From Octopus vulgaris (Eukaryota): a stretch of 64,000 bases of DNA. Positions 39,020-51,499 of this stretch are shown here, one piece after another; position 1 is the first letter of the stretch, and the number at the start of each line of letters is the position of its first letter. The translations under genes and the position numbers were made by a program. The stretch lies in NCBI GenBank assembly GCA_951406725.2, contig OX597816.1, positions 57,102,001 to 57,166,000 on the forward strand. Direction: 5' to 3'. The notes under the pieces are model-generated. The model saw only the letters and a program-made list of their open reading frames with translations, made no database searches and had not been told where the DNA came from.

Positions 39020-39308
39020 GAAATGAGGTACTCAGAAATTCGGATGGTTTTATATTTACAGATATTTATTTGTATATTACATGTTTTCAAATCGAACTGT
39101 GCTTCCATAGAGTTTCCAACTATCAAATCCACTCTCGAGGTATTGGTCAGCCCGAGTCAGTTCGATTTGAAAACCCCACTAGAATGGGAGAAAGCGCTAA
39201 TATTTGATCTATAAAAATATAGGATGTATAAAAACATGTAATATACAAATAAATATCTGTAAATATAAAACCATCCGAATTTCTGAGTACCTCATTTCTT
39301 CTAATATA
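39011..39308. mobile_element. Fold-back element between (TA)n tracts with a captured SINE fragment
   Basis: Essentially perfect arms of about 77 bp (attagaagaaatgaggtactcag / ctgagtacctcatttcttctaat); inner 16-bp IR. Confidence 0.85.
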
Positions 39309-39352
39309 AAATACCTGTAATCATCTCAAAACCTTCCAATATATATATATAT

Positions 39353-39567
39353 AGTTGATCCAAACATGAAAGCACAAAGAGAAAACACAACAACGCGGGG
39401 ACGTGGAACAAATATAGTATTATTGGACGCTCAAGAAGGAAGGGAAGAAGGAAGGTTTTACGTTTCGAGCGGAGCTCTTCGCTTCGTCAGAAACACAGGA
39501 AAAGGAAAGATCCAGAGAAGGGAAGATGGAGAAAAAAAAATCGCCAACGGTACACACGCGGTCACAT
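39353..39567 (-). mobile_element. Penelope-like family A with hammerhead (39455-39494) carrying a 5-nt duplication
   Basis: Homologous to 38074-38275; cleavage triplet GUA; abuts (TA)n. Confidence 0.78.
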
Positions 39568-40142
39568 GCTAATACACGACCCACGTTCTCACATTTTCTT
39601 TACTAACAGTTATATCACCTTCCTTCTTGTTCTTTCCTTAATCGCGGCACTACTGTTTGTGACACACTTTGCCTATAACTTCTTCACCTGGAGCAGACAC
39701 ACATTGAAGAACACTTTATGCTATGGAATGTTGGCAATGGATGACCTCCAGTCGTCGTTTGAGGTGATGCTGCTTTGGTTAATGTTATTTAAATTTTTAC
39801 CTATGAAATTGCGCCTGTGTCAATAAAACTGTCTTTGTTTTTGTAGTTCCGAAGCATTTCGAGGTATTTTCTCGACAAGCATCTTTGTATGAAGTCCCTC
39901 CGCCCGGTCCAGTGTGCAAAGGCTGTCGACACTAAACCAGTGGAATGCGCTGATTCCACAATAAGCGAAATATAGCAATAACAGATGATGCTCCTTTTGT
40001 TTAACCTCAAAAAAGAAAAGAAAGCAGATGAGGAAACTGAAACCAGTGGAGTTAATATGGAATAGAAGATGAAAGAATAAATTTAAAAAAAAACACATAA
40101 AAAATACAAAAGTATAACAAATGAATTATCCTGATGTATGTA

Positions 40143-40515
40143 CAGGCATGGCTGTGTGGTTAAGAAGCCCGCTTGCAGCCACGTGCCTTCAGGTTCGCTC
40201 CCAGTGCAGAGCATAAGTCTCTTCTATAATAGCCCCAGGCTGACCAATACCTCGAGAATGCATTTGATAGTTGGAAACTCTATGGAAGCACAGTATATAT
40301 ATAATGTGTGGTGGGGTGTATGTGTATTTGTGCAAGAGTGCGTCTTTGTCGTTGACCCACTCCGCCGCGTAATTTGGAGGTTTTGTATAAGGATATAGAT
40401 AGAATAAATACCAGACTCTAAAATATGTTTGGGGGTCGATTCGTTCGACCTAAACCTTTCAAGGCTGTACCCCAGTATGGCCGCATGCCAATGTGACAGA
40501 AACAAGTAAAGGAGA
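40143..40515 (+). mobile_element. Old SINE family 1 copy
   Basis: caggcatggctgtgtggttaagaag head; ggggtcgattcgttcgac..cagtatggccgca tail. Confidence 0.75.
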
Positions 40516-41032
40516 AAAACAAGATTAAAAATTAAAAAAAAAAACAGATAAAAAAAGATGGTAGATCCGCGACCAGAGCTCAAATGGGTTATCCTGTAAA
40601 CACTGGATTATCCTCAGTGTTCGCACGAAGCTATGTTGTCCTGTTGCATCACACTTGCTATTCCCCTCCTCCATACACAACCAGGCAGCCTTCTCCCTCA
40701 CTAAAAATAAATCTGCGACTAGAAATGTGGTTCTGTACAAGAGTCTACCCAACGGTACCCCTAAAATAACTCCGTGGGTGGAGAGATGTTAACAGTGAAA
40801 ATAATAAGATTAAATTATGTGGATGCGTTTTATAAACTGGTTAAAAGTCCTTCCACTAAATGAATGGCGGCGTCTGTTTGGTAAACATGTCTTATCGTTT
40901 TTCAAATCAAACCGGAAAAACATCAGTATATAAATAAAATTGTATTATATACACATGTTTTTGCACGTATACACCCATAGTTATATACACAGACGTACTC
41001 ACACATGCACACGTGTGTGTGTGTGGGTATGT

Positions 41033-41096
<64 letters not shown>

Positions 41097-41812
41097 GTAT
41101 GTATATATATATATACAGAGAGAGAAATAGAAAGGCTTGTATATAGACATATATATATATATATAATATATAGATATATATACACAGATACATGTGTGTA
41201 TAGACTTATAATCATGCGTTCATGATTACGTGCATACATACATATACATAGACACATAGACAGACATAGATGCATACATACATACATGATATCATGCATC
41301 ATGAAAAACTCATTTCACCATTGATATTCGTTTCTACTATAGGCACAAGGCCTGTAGGGGAGAGGGCTCGTCGATTTAATCAACCCCACTGCTTATTTTA
41401 TCGGCCCCGAAAGACGACCTTGGCGGAATTTGAACTGGGAATGTAAAGCTAGAGAACACAAAATTTATATTCACTTTTCAATATTTCTTAAAAGTTCCAT
41501 TTGTCAAGAACTTTCGTAGCTCTCTTGCGACCCAGTCATTGACAATAAAATTTTGTCCACGACCAACTTGTAGAAGCGCCGAAGTGTGACATAACCTTTT
41601 CACACTTCACAAAACACTTCGTAAAAGTATACTAAACTGGCTAAAATTGAATGTGCCATGATGTTGTGGTTTACATTCATAAACGCAAACACACACCCCA
41701 ACCACATGGTTCCGGGTTCAGTCCCACTGCGTGGCAAATTTTCTTCTATAGCCTCCATCCGACCAAAGACTTGTGAGTGGATTTGGTAGACGGAAACTGA
41801 AAGAAACCCGTC

Positions 41813-41845
<33 letters not shown>

Positions 41846-41846
<1 letters not shown>

Positions 41847-42220
41847 TAGCAGTATCGCCCGGCGTTGCTCAGGTTTGTAAGGGAAATAACTATAAAGCAT
41901 TTTTAGAGAGTTATAGCTAAAAAATAGCAAAAAAATGGAAAAAAATGATGGTAAATTTTTTTTGAGATTAAAAAAAGGTGGAGTTGCGTCCCCTAGACAG
42001 TTTGTGGTTCCTGTTTCTGATTCTCGACCCCATGTCGAATTTATCGATTTTTTTCAGAACTGGGGAAACTTTTCAAAATTTTCGCTGCGTTAGTTTTGAA
42101 TTATGACATTGGGCTATGTGTGTGTCAAGTTTCATCAGAATCGGTTGAAAGCCGTGGTCAGGGTGAGGGTACAAGCAAACAGACACACAGAAACACGCAC
42201 AGACAAACTGCCGTTTATAT

Positions 42221-42223
<3 letters not shown>
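41846..42223 (-). mobile_element. Non-autonomous Helitron (Lep1-like architecture)
   Basis: Minus strand starts A|TCTATATAAA and ends with imperfect hairpin cctgagcaacgccggg then CTAG|T; no TSD; lies in (TA)n. Confidence 0.8.
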
Positions 42224-42275
<52 letters not shown>

Positions 42276-42278
<3 letters not shown>

Positions 42279-42440
42279 AGAAATCACAAAAGAAGAAGAC
42301 AGGTGGTGTAGACAACAAACAGATGTATTAGTATAACGCTCGGGAAGTGAAAAAGTCTTTAACGTTTCGAGCCTACACTCTTCCACAGAAAGGAACACAG
42401 AAAAAAAACAAGGAGAGAATATAAAGAAGAGAAAATAGAG
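42276..42440 (-). mobile_element. Penelope-like family B with variant hammerhead (42357-42392)
   Basis: cttt CTGTGGA a gagt gtag gctc GAAA cg TT aaag; related to family A; abuts (TA)n. Confidence 0.7.
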
Positions 42441-42644
42441 AAAATATATATATATGTATACATTTGTGTGTGTGCCTGTGTTTGACCCCCCTCCCCGCCC
42501 CATCTCTTGACAACTTGGTGGTTCGACAAAAGACACCGATAGAATAAGTACTGTACTTACAAAGAATAAGTCCTTGTCTCGCATTGTTCGATTAAAAGGA
42601 GTGCTCCAGCATAGCCGCAGTCAAATGATTGAAACCAAATAAAA

Positions 42645-42698
<54 letters not shown>

Positions 42699-42953
42699 TG
42701 TTGTGTCTGGGGAGAGTCATTCCATTTCCACTTATTCCTTATTTTTATTTTCCTAAAATTTTCGTTGCATCTTGCAACCTTTTCAATAGTCTTGACTCTG
42801 TCCGTTATTTACACTGCGTTCCCTTTTGTTTGTTTGTGCACATGTGTGTGGGTCAGTGTGTGTGTGTATGTGTGCCTATACATGCATATACAACAGAATA
42901 TGCTTCAACACACGAACTCATATAAAGAATCTTGCAAACCAAATCCAAAAACG

Positions 42954-43021
<68 letters not shown>

Positions 43022-43158
43022 GTACAGGACGTCAATAACGGTGCAAATAACATGAAACACGTAAACAACGAGCAAAAAAATGAAAAACAGGCCAAGTAAA
43101 CACAGAGAAAGGACCCTTCATTAGTTGCCGGCTGTCTATCTACTCATTGCGAGCATTC

Positions 43159-43196
<38 letters not shown>

Positions 43197-43379
43197 GTAT
43201 GTATTTTTATGTAGCGGGTTGAGTCAAAAGATATATTTTCAAATTTTCACTGACAATTTTTGGCAGTTTGTCTCACCGTGCTATGTCATTAATTTGATAC
43301 AACTTAGTGTCCAGTCATTGCCAAATTGTTTCTTCCTTAATTTCATATGTAATATATAAACATTTGCTCTTTTCAGTTC

Positions 43380-44232
43380 TATATTTAAGAGATGAGGAAT
43401 TATGTACATTATTTACATTATTTACATTTGACAGATAGTTTTCCTCATTTTGCAAGCAATAATAAATCTCTGAACGAGATGTAAACAGTAACTGCTCGAC
43501 AACGTAAAGTATACTAGCCATCTCAATATGGCTAACCACTAAGGGTGGGTGTTACTGTAGCTTTTAGCCCCAGGAGATCATCGTCTCCGGCTGGCTTTAG
43601 GCACACTTTCTGTGCCCTTATGGTATTTGCAAAAGGAGGTCATCCCTCTCTCGTAAACCTAAGTGATGCGCACGGACTGTGCGTAAACCTAAGTGATACG
43701 CACAGACAGGCAAATACCCAGAAACTGCAGTCCGTGCGTATCACTTAGGTTTACAAGAGAGGAATGACCTCCCTTTGCAAATACCATAAGGGCACAGAAA
43801 GTGTGCCTAAAGCCAGCTGGAGACGATGATCTCCTGGGGCTAAAAACTACAGTAATACCCACCCTTTGTGGTTAGCCATATTGAGATGGCTAGTATACTT
43901 TACGTTTCCTCATTTTGTTTGTTGTTAACACAACATTTCGGCTGATATACCCTCCAGCCTTCATCAGGGTCTTGGAGAAATTTCGAACCTAGGTTCTCGA
44001 TCCTAAGGTATTTTTCGATGTTATTTTTATTATTATTATTCAGGTCACTGCCTGGGGCTAGTAGCCCGCGCTCTATAATAATTAAAATAACATCGAAAAA
44101 TACCTAAGGAATGAGAACCCAGGTTCGAAATTTCCCCAAGACACCTAATGAAGGCTGGAGGGTATATCAGCCGAAACGTTGAGTTAACAACAAACAAGAT
44201 GAGGACAAATATCCACCAAATGTAAATAATTT
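43380..44232. mobile_element. Head-to-head dimer of tRNA-headed hammerhead element (family E) with nested insertion
   Basis: Arms 43907-44040 / 44075-44230; hammerheads at 43927-43971 (-) and 44140-44185 (+); left end continues at 43380-43452. Confidence 0.82.
43453..43904. mobile_element. Family F fold-back inserted into family E with a 13-bp TSD
   Basis: TSD tttcctcattttg at 43440-43452 and 43905-43917; inverted arms of about 180 bp starting at 43501. Confidence 0.85.
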
Positions 44233-44329
44233 GTTAACAGGGGTGTTGTGCATCTATGCGTGTATATCTGCAAGTATTTGGAGTCAGTGTATGTGCAGAT
44301 CCGTCTATTTTGTTTTATGTATGGAAGTT

Positions 44330-44404
<75 letters not shown>

Positions 44405-44560
44405 GCATGTCGAGACATGTGCAAATGTATTTTTATATGCTAAACTTTTGGAAAGCTTTAAATATTTGTGACATTTCCATTGAATGCTTGTGTCTGTCGT
44501 CATCTAATTAGCTTTTTCGTCTCTGGTTTTGAGAACCCGAATTACTCAAGACTGAGAAAT

Positions 44561-44608
<48 letters not shown>

Positions 44609-44795
44609 GGCGTGTGTGCATGCGTGTGCATATTTGTGATACACTGTCCTGCTGACAGCTTCTTATAAATTCTGGGACACCTGCATGTATTAGTGCGTGT
44701 ATGTGTGTATGGAAATGTGTGTGTCTATAAGTATATACATATATTTATGCATACATATACATACATGAATGTGTGCGTGTGTATATATATGTATG

Positions 44796-44826
<31 letters not shown>

Positions 44827-45314
44827 ATGTGTATATGTATGTTCATGCTTCCTAGCTGACATAGTCTTTTCCTTTGACAAAACCTTACGTTACCCACCTC
44901 CCATACTTCACTATTTCAAGTCACCCCTTCCCTACTCCTCCATCTACCCTTTACTCCCTATTATCCACCCTTCACGACCCACCAACCACCATCTCCGAAT
45001 TTTCCCTTCTCTAAACCCCCATCCACCCGGCCCCGGCTATATTTGCAACAGCTTATTTCTACCCCTGCCACCCTTCCAATAAAGATGGCTGTGCTGTGTA
45101 CAGATGACTTGCAGGTGCTGCTGTGAATGAGGAGGAGGAGGAGGGGGGGAAACGTTGGAGTTGGTGGGTGGCTTGAGATTCTGTGGAATGGTCCCTGGAG
45201 TGATGGATATTTCACTACCACCACCCTCCCTCCTTCAACAGATTGGCAATCTTGTAGAAAGAACAATGAACGAAACTGTGCTATACACCCTCTCCTCTTT
45301 CCACGGACTTTCTC

Positions 45315-45380
<66 letters not shown>

Positions 45381-46329
45381 AATATATATACACATACTCA
45401 CATATATATAAATATATATACACACACACATACATAAATGCATACATACACACATAGACAAACTTACCTGCTTGGCTATACTTGTGTGTATGTGTGTGTC
45501 TGTAACAAGTAATGTGTGTGTGTGTGTGTGGTGGGGTGTATGCATTCTTAGATTCCTGTGATGCAAAAGTATTTGAAACTATTTTCGAATGATACCAATG
45601 AGAAGTAAAGATAACTATAAACATTGCTTTAAGTCTTGAATACAACTCAAAGATGTTTCGTATTCTTCCTCATCCGGAAATATAATCGGTCTATGAAGAC
45701 TGGAGACGGGGCTGGAAGTGTTTTCATTGAGGTAGGTGGCAATGTGTACGGAAATAGTCTTGGAATCACAACATTCTTCTCAGCCCAAACAAACAGACAA
45801 AAGGAGAGGAAGAGAACCTACAGACAAATCTAATCTTAACGAGGAATGTAACAAAGGAAGCTGAAGCGTTTGTTTGTTCTTTAGATTGCTTCAGCTATCA
45901 GAAGGCCCTACTGGAGCACTCTCCAGATTGGTGTAGTTGTTTGTCGTAAACTATAGATACAGCTTCAACATGTCGACAACCAATGAACGAAGATTTGTTG
46001 ATATTACAAGATTTTAGAAACTCTAAGTGATATGAAATAATTCTTTAATTCTTTTGAGGGACGCTGGAACTCGAAGCAGAAAGCTATAAATAGTAGCGTG
46101 TTGCATGTTGGCATTTCAAGTTCCTTCGATAGAATAAAAGTCGAAGGCTGATTGTGGGATTCGAACCTATATTTCCTTTAGACATAACAGACCATTGCAC
46201 CAAAGCAACCCCTCAATTTTTTTCCATCCATTTACGAGCTTTGTACTTACCAACGGGAATCGTCTGTTCTTTGTCATAGCAATTTAGAAACAATTTAGAG
46301 TGCTTGAAACTTATCAACATTGAACTGCA

Positions 46330-48300
46330 TGTTATTTTCAATTATATATATATAGCATGAAAGTCATTTTGCAGTTTTACGATGTCATGGGGTTCCTCGG
46401 CCGTCTGTGGTACTTTTGTATCATCAATACAGCTGGTGAGAGTGGCTGGCTGTACGACTGACTGCACATCTAAGAGAGCCATTACAAACAGCATTGATTC
46501 CAGTACAGTTCCATGTGGAACTCCGCTGCGGGTTGATGTCTCCCCTGAGAGAACACCTTTGGCTGCAACTTTAAAAAGTCGTGCGGCCATTCTTGCAGTT
46601 TTCCAGTCATACCAAAGTCGCGTAGCTTGCGACATGTCATCCCATGATCAATTTTGTCAAAAGCCTTAGCAAAGCCGCGATATATATCACACACACATTT
46701 CATTGGTTGAGCTGTTGTTTCGGTATCCAATCATAATGCAGTAGTGGCTGTGTGAGGCAGTTCCTCCGTGGGGCGGAAACCATGTTGTGTGTTTGTGAAC
46801 AAGTTATTCTCTTCCAGGAACGTGATCAATCTCCTTCAGACAATGTGTTCAATGCTCTTACTAATATGTGAAGTCAGAGAGATAGGCCCATAATTTTTAT
46901 GGACAGGGTATATGATAGCTCTTTTAACAGTCTGGGAAGTTTTCCATAAGCAAGGAAACTCTGGAAAAGGATCTGCAGTAGTTTCGCTAGAGTTTTCGTT
47001 CATGTTTTTAGGAGGACAGACGGAAAACCATCCGGGCCCGTTGCTGAGTTTGAGCTCATCTCATCAATGGCCGATATCACATCTTCCTCTTTTACGTCGA
47101 TGTAATCAATGGTTGCCTTTTTCCTATGTAGGTCTGCAGTATTGAAGAGCTCTTTAGGATCTCCAATCTGCCAGTTTCCCAGTAAAAATGTGATGACACA
47201 CTGGAGTTACTTATTTATTACTTCACTTATGCTCTTGGGGTTTGCAGTTAGCGAGCCGTCTTCTCCAAGCAGAAGCCCTCCCTATCTTGTAGTGCACTGA
47301 GGCAGACTCTTTCGGGCCATTTGATGGTGGGGAAGATGAAGTCAGCCATCAGAAGTATATTAACACTTTGATCTAGTTTTGTTAGTACTTCTTTCATCAT
47401 TGTAAAGCTTTCCTCAAATCTATCATCATGATTTGTGGCATCAGGTGGGCGATACAGTGTACATATTACCACATGCTGTTGCATTAAACGCACTGAGTTT
47501 GTCACAGACCGACTTTGAGTGTGACAACAAGGTTTGTGGTGTTACATTTTCACGAATGTACAATGCAACTCCACCGTCACTTCCTTCTCGTTTGTCTGCA
47601 TGGAACACAGCATACATTGGTCTGTGTATCTCTGCGTCATTTATATCTGCAGAGAGAGAGGGGGGGTGTCCCAGTATGTGCAATGCATATCGCTTGATTA
47701 CATACATAAAGATCCCTGAGGTATGTAACTTTTTAATAGCTGTTGCTAGGAGACCTCTAATATTTATCAAAAAAATTGGTGTGATTGCCGGCTTTGCGGC
47801 AATCACGACCATCCTGGGTCTGTTATTTGTGACGGTCTTGTATGTGGGTGGGTGTAGCTTAGTTATAGTTGTGACCATGCCAGCTGCGGCACAATTTTTT
47901 GTGTCACACCTAAAACATTTAGTTGCTCGATAGTTACATCTTTCACTGCACCTGCATACTTTCTTTGTTGCAGGCCTGTAGTGTGATAAGACTTCCTCAG
48001 GGCAAGGTTTTGTCCTATCTCGTTGGAGGTGTGTTTGGTCATGTGTACCATCCAGCCTGAGCTTTGGATGTGCAAAGCGGCAGTTCGTTCCCATCTTACC
48101 ATACCAGCAGATTCCTTTAGCATGGAATTTACAAATGGTACGTGCTTAATGTAATGTCTTGTTTCCATTTCTCTTCTTTTTTGTTTCTTTTCTTGATACT
48201 TGTTGGATAATGGCCTCTCTTTCAACGATCTTCACAACTCCTTTTCTTTTTCCATTGTTTTGGGAGGTGGTGTTGGTGCTGCTTTTCTTGCAGGTTTTTG
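46330..48300 (-). mobile_element. Decayed CR1/L2-type LINE (ORF1 CCCH region, APE, RT)
   Basis: CKFHAKGICWYGKMGTNCRFAHP; FLINIRGL, ADKREGSDGGVALYI, LYRPPD, LLMADF; KAFDKIDHG, SGVPHGTVL, CIDDTK. Confidence 0.85.
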
Positions 48301-48554
48301 TGTTTCATTTTCAGTTCTTCCATCTCTATGAACTTCATGATGTATGTATGTATCTATGAATGAATGCATGCATGTATGTATGTGTGTACACATAAGAAAA
48401 GTAGATGACAAAGGAATAAATGATAATTGTATGAACTTCATTAGCTAACAGCTGTTTCCACTATAAGGTGCTCTGGGCTCATGGTTGAGTATCTGAGTAA
48501 CATTTGATATAAATATTTATCTAAGTCACCATGATTGACCGCTAGCTCCGTAAG

Positions 48555-48720
48555 TTTTCTTATTCTCTCTCTGTTTATTTCCCTGTGTTCCTTTCTGTTG
48601 AAGAGCGGAAGCTCGAAACGTAAAAGACTTTCTCACCTTCCCGAGCGTCAAACCAATACACCTGTTTGTTGTTTATACACCTATCTTCGTCTTTTGTTTT
48701 TCTATAAATTTCAACTATAT
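48555..48720 (+). mobile_element. Penelope-like family B with variant hammerhead (48591-48626)
   Basis: cttt CTGTTGA a gagc GGAA gctc GAAA cg TA aaag; ends tttcaac + (TA)n. Confidence 0.78.
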
Positions 48721-48740
48721 ATATATATATATATAAAATA

Positions 48741-48822
48741 CATTAGTCCCTCGACTATCGCGGTGTTACGTTAAAAACCCTAACCCCTCGCGATAGGTAA
48801 ACCGCGATATGGCAAGGGGTTA

Positions 48823-48825
<3 letters not shown>
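48741..48825. mobile_element. pogo/Tigger-like MITE (short)
   Basis: TA|cattagtccctcgactatcgcgg ... ccgcgatatggcaaggggttactg|TA. Confidence 0.75.
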
Positions 48826-48893
<68 letters not shown>

Positions 48894-49427
48894 CGACAGA
48901 CTTCTTCCAGTTTCCGTCTACCAAATCCACTCACAAGGCTTTAGTCTCCCCGAATCTATAGTAGGGGAACTGAACTCGGAATTATGTACTTTGGGAAGCT
49001 AGTGTCTTACCACAGAGCCACGCCTGTGTCTATCTTTGTTTATAATTTCGTTCTTTTATTCTAACAGCTTTACCAAAGACACCGCTCCAACATGTATATT
49101 GTGATTTATACATATGTTAGTGGTGGTCGGGGGACGGGTGTGTTATCCTCCCTCGGGCCCCTCACCAAATGTAATTCTATATATTATTGACTAGACGTTG
49201 CACCAGTTATAGTTATTTTTTATTTATTTTGGAAATCTCATAAAACATATCTTCAGGGCCAGTCTGCACTTTATGTGGAGATGTCTCTAAATAAATAAAT
49301 ACCCCACGTTCTGACACTTGGGTTAGATCTCCCTATCTCTTACATTGAAGTTCACTGATTCATAGACATACAGTCTAGGGATATGAGATATTGTGCGTAT
49401 AATGTGTGTGTGTGTGTGTGTACGTGT

Positions 49428-49476
<49 letters not shown>

Positions 49477-49500
49477 CATACATACATACATACATACATA

Positions 49501-50379
49501 CAGAGTGCGAAGGGTAAATTGTCGCACTTTATATTTTTAATTTCGCTCATGTGCATCGTTTGTTTTGATATTGCCGACTACACAGTATTGTAGGGTCAGT
49601 TGGGCACCGTCTGTGACAAGATCAGCACCATGTCGCAATTAGCTCTGCCAGAAATTTGGAAACGACATGCTGTACTGCTTGGCATTCGCACCGGAAGCTC
49701 CAATACGAACATATGGTAAACACACAGAACAACCGTTGGCTTGCCATGTCCCCAAAACCTATACCGAGAGTGATAAAAATCAAACATCCAGTTATCATCA
49801 TGGTGTTTGGAGTGATCACTAGTGATGGCGACGTTATGCCTCTATTCATCTTCCCAGACGGCCTCAGACTCAACACGGAGGCCTACATCGAGTGCCTGGA
49901 GGAAGTAGTGCTGCCCTGAGTCAAGAGGGTGGTTGCTGGAAGACCCTATCTCGTGCAACAGGACTCAGCACCATGCCACACAAGCAGGAAACCCACTCAT
50001 GGATGTTAGACAATTTCTGCGACCACATCACATCTAACATCTGGCCACCTAAACCCCTTGATTATTACGTGTGGCCGCAGTTGAGCGACAAAACTCCCAT
50101 GTAACAAAACTCCCATGTAACACCAAAGATGAACTGAAGGCAAGGATTATGGTAGCGTTCGCCAACTTAAACAAGGAGACCGCCCAGAAGAGTTGCAGGA
50201 GATTCCGAAGTCGTCTGGAGGCCGTGGTTGAAGTCAATGGCGATTTTATTGAATAAATTTACTCTTTAGTATTTCAAGATATGTTAATGCAATTTTGGTA
50301 AATATATCTGTTAAAATGAAATATCAGTGTTATTTTCATATTTGCGTAATTTAGACGACAGTTTATTCACCGCACCCTG
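49501..50379 (+). mobile_element. Tc1/mariner transposon (maT/DD37D-like), internally deleted pseudogene
   Basis: TA TSD; TIR cagagtgcga / cgcaccctg; KHPVIIMVFGVI, QQDSAPCH, WPP..PLDYYVW, FRSRLEAVVEVNGDFIE. Confidence 0.9.
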
Positions 50380-50387
50380 TATATGCA

Positions 50388-50420
<33 letters not shown>

Positions 50421-51499
50421 TGTCACAGACCTTTACCAGCGGCAGGGTTTTAACAAGTGACGCGGCGCTACGTTGGAGACACCAACGTAGCCTCGCACCA
50501 AAACGAGGGAAACTCTAGAAAAGAGCGAAATATTAATTAGTGGTTGATTAATGTTTAATTAATAATTCTGTCAATTATTTGAAATATAATTTTTTTTTAA
50601 AGATTATTAAGAAAATTGTTTAGAACAGGTCCAGCAAGTCCGTCAGAATGCTGTCACCCTATCAGGTGGCAGTTATATAATTAACATAATGATAAGTTAA
50701 TTATATATTATTACCTTATCATCGCCAATTTCCCCTTTCTACTTCTGCAAATTAACAGAGACCAACAGACAGACACAGCATCGGTCATATTTTGTCATTC
50801 TACCAAATTATTGGCAGCCACATTACAGGCTTCTGCGCTAGTGGTGTTGTGGCTGTTACTGCTATGATTTTTGGTGATGCTGCTGATGCTGTTTAGCCCT
50901 AGGCGGCCTTATGATCACCCACAGGGATCTAGTCATGAACACCTCTGTTTTTTAATGTTCTGGCAAAGTGCATTTAGAACTACATAATCCAAGATAACTT
51001 CTCGTCCTCTTTAGTAGAGTGTACTTTGGGGGAGTTGGCTGCTATTTCTCTCATATCAAGTAGCCACGAAGAGACTTCCTCCTTTGATTATCAAAGTAGA
51101 ATATATTCGGTATCAGTGAAGATGGTGAATTGGCAAAGTTGTTAGTGCTTCTCTCTTGTTCCGATTCTCTGTTATCTGAGTTCAAGCCCTGCAGAGGTCA
51201 ACTTCGCTTTTCATCGTTTCGGGGTCAATAAATAAAATACGAATGCAGACAGTGGATTGGCGGAAATGTTTAAGGAGGGGAAGACTGTCCTGGCTCTTAA
51301 GGTTCGAAAACAACATTTGCCACGAATTGTATTGACTCAAGTTAGGAACAACAGCAACGAGAAGAACAAATTTAACACAGTCGAGGGCATTCGGACGTGA
51401 TAAGAGCTTTCGTGCGGAGATATGGCTTTACACGTATATTTTTTCTCAACGCTGCATCGTGCGATATTATATATACTTATGGATGTACGTATGTATGTA

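Larger units (their letters stand above)
41697..42646 (+). mobile_element. SINE family 1 split by nested insertions in its microsatellite
   Basis: Head 41697-41815 and 3' half 42460-42646. Confidence 0.8.

Noticed and set aside
43020-43160. Possible hammerhead in a (TA)n-flanked insert (CTAATGAaggg, minus)
   Set aside because: Core mutated and no properly placed GAAA or helix II; too decayed to call
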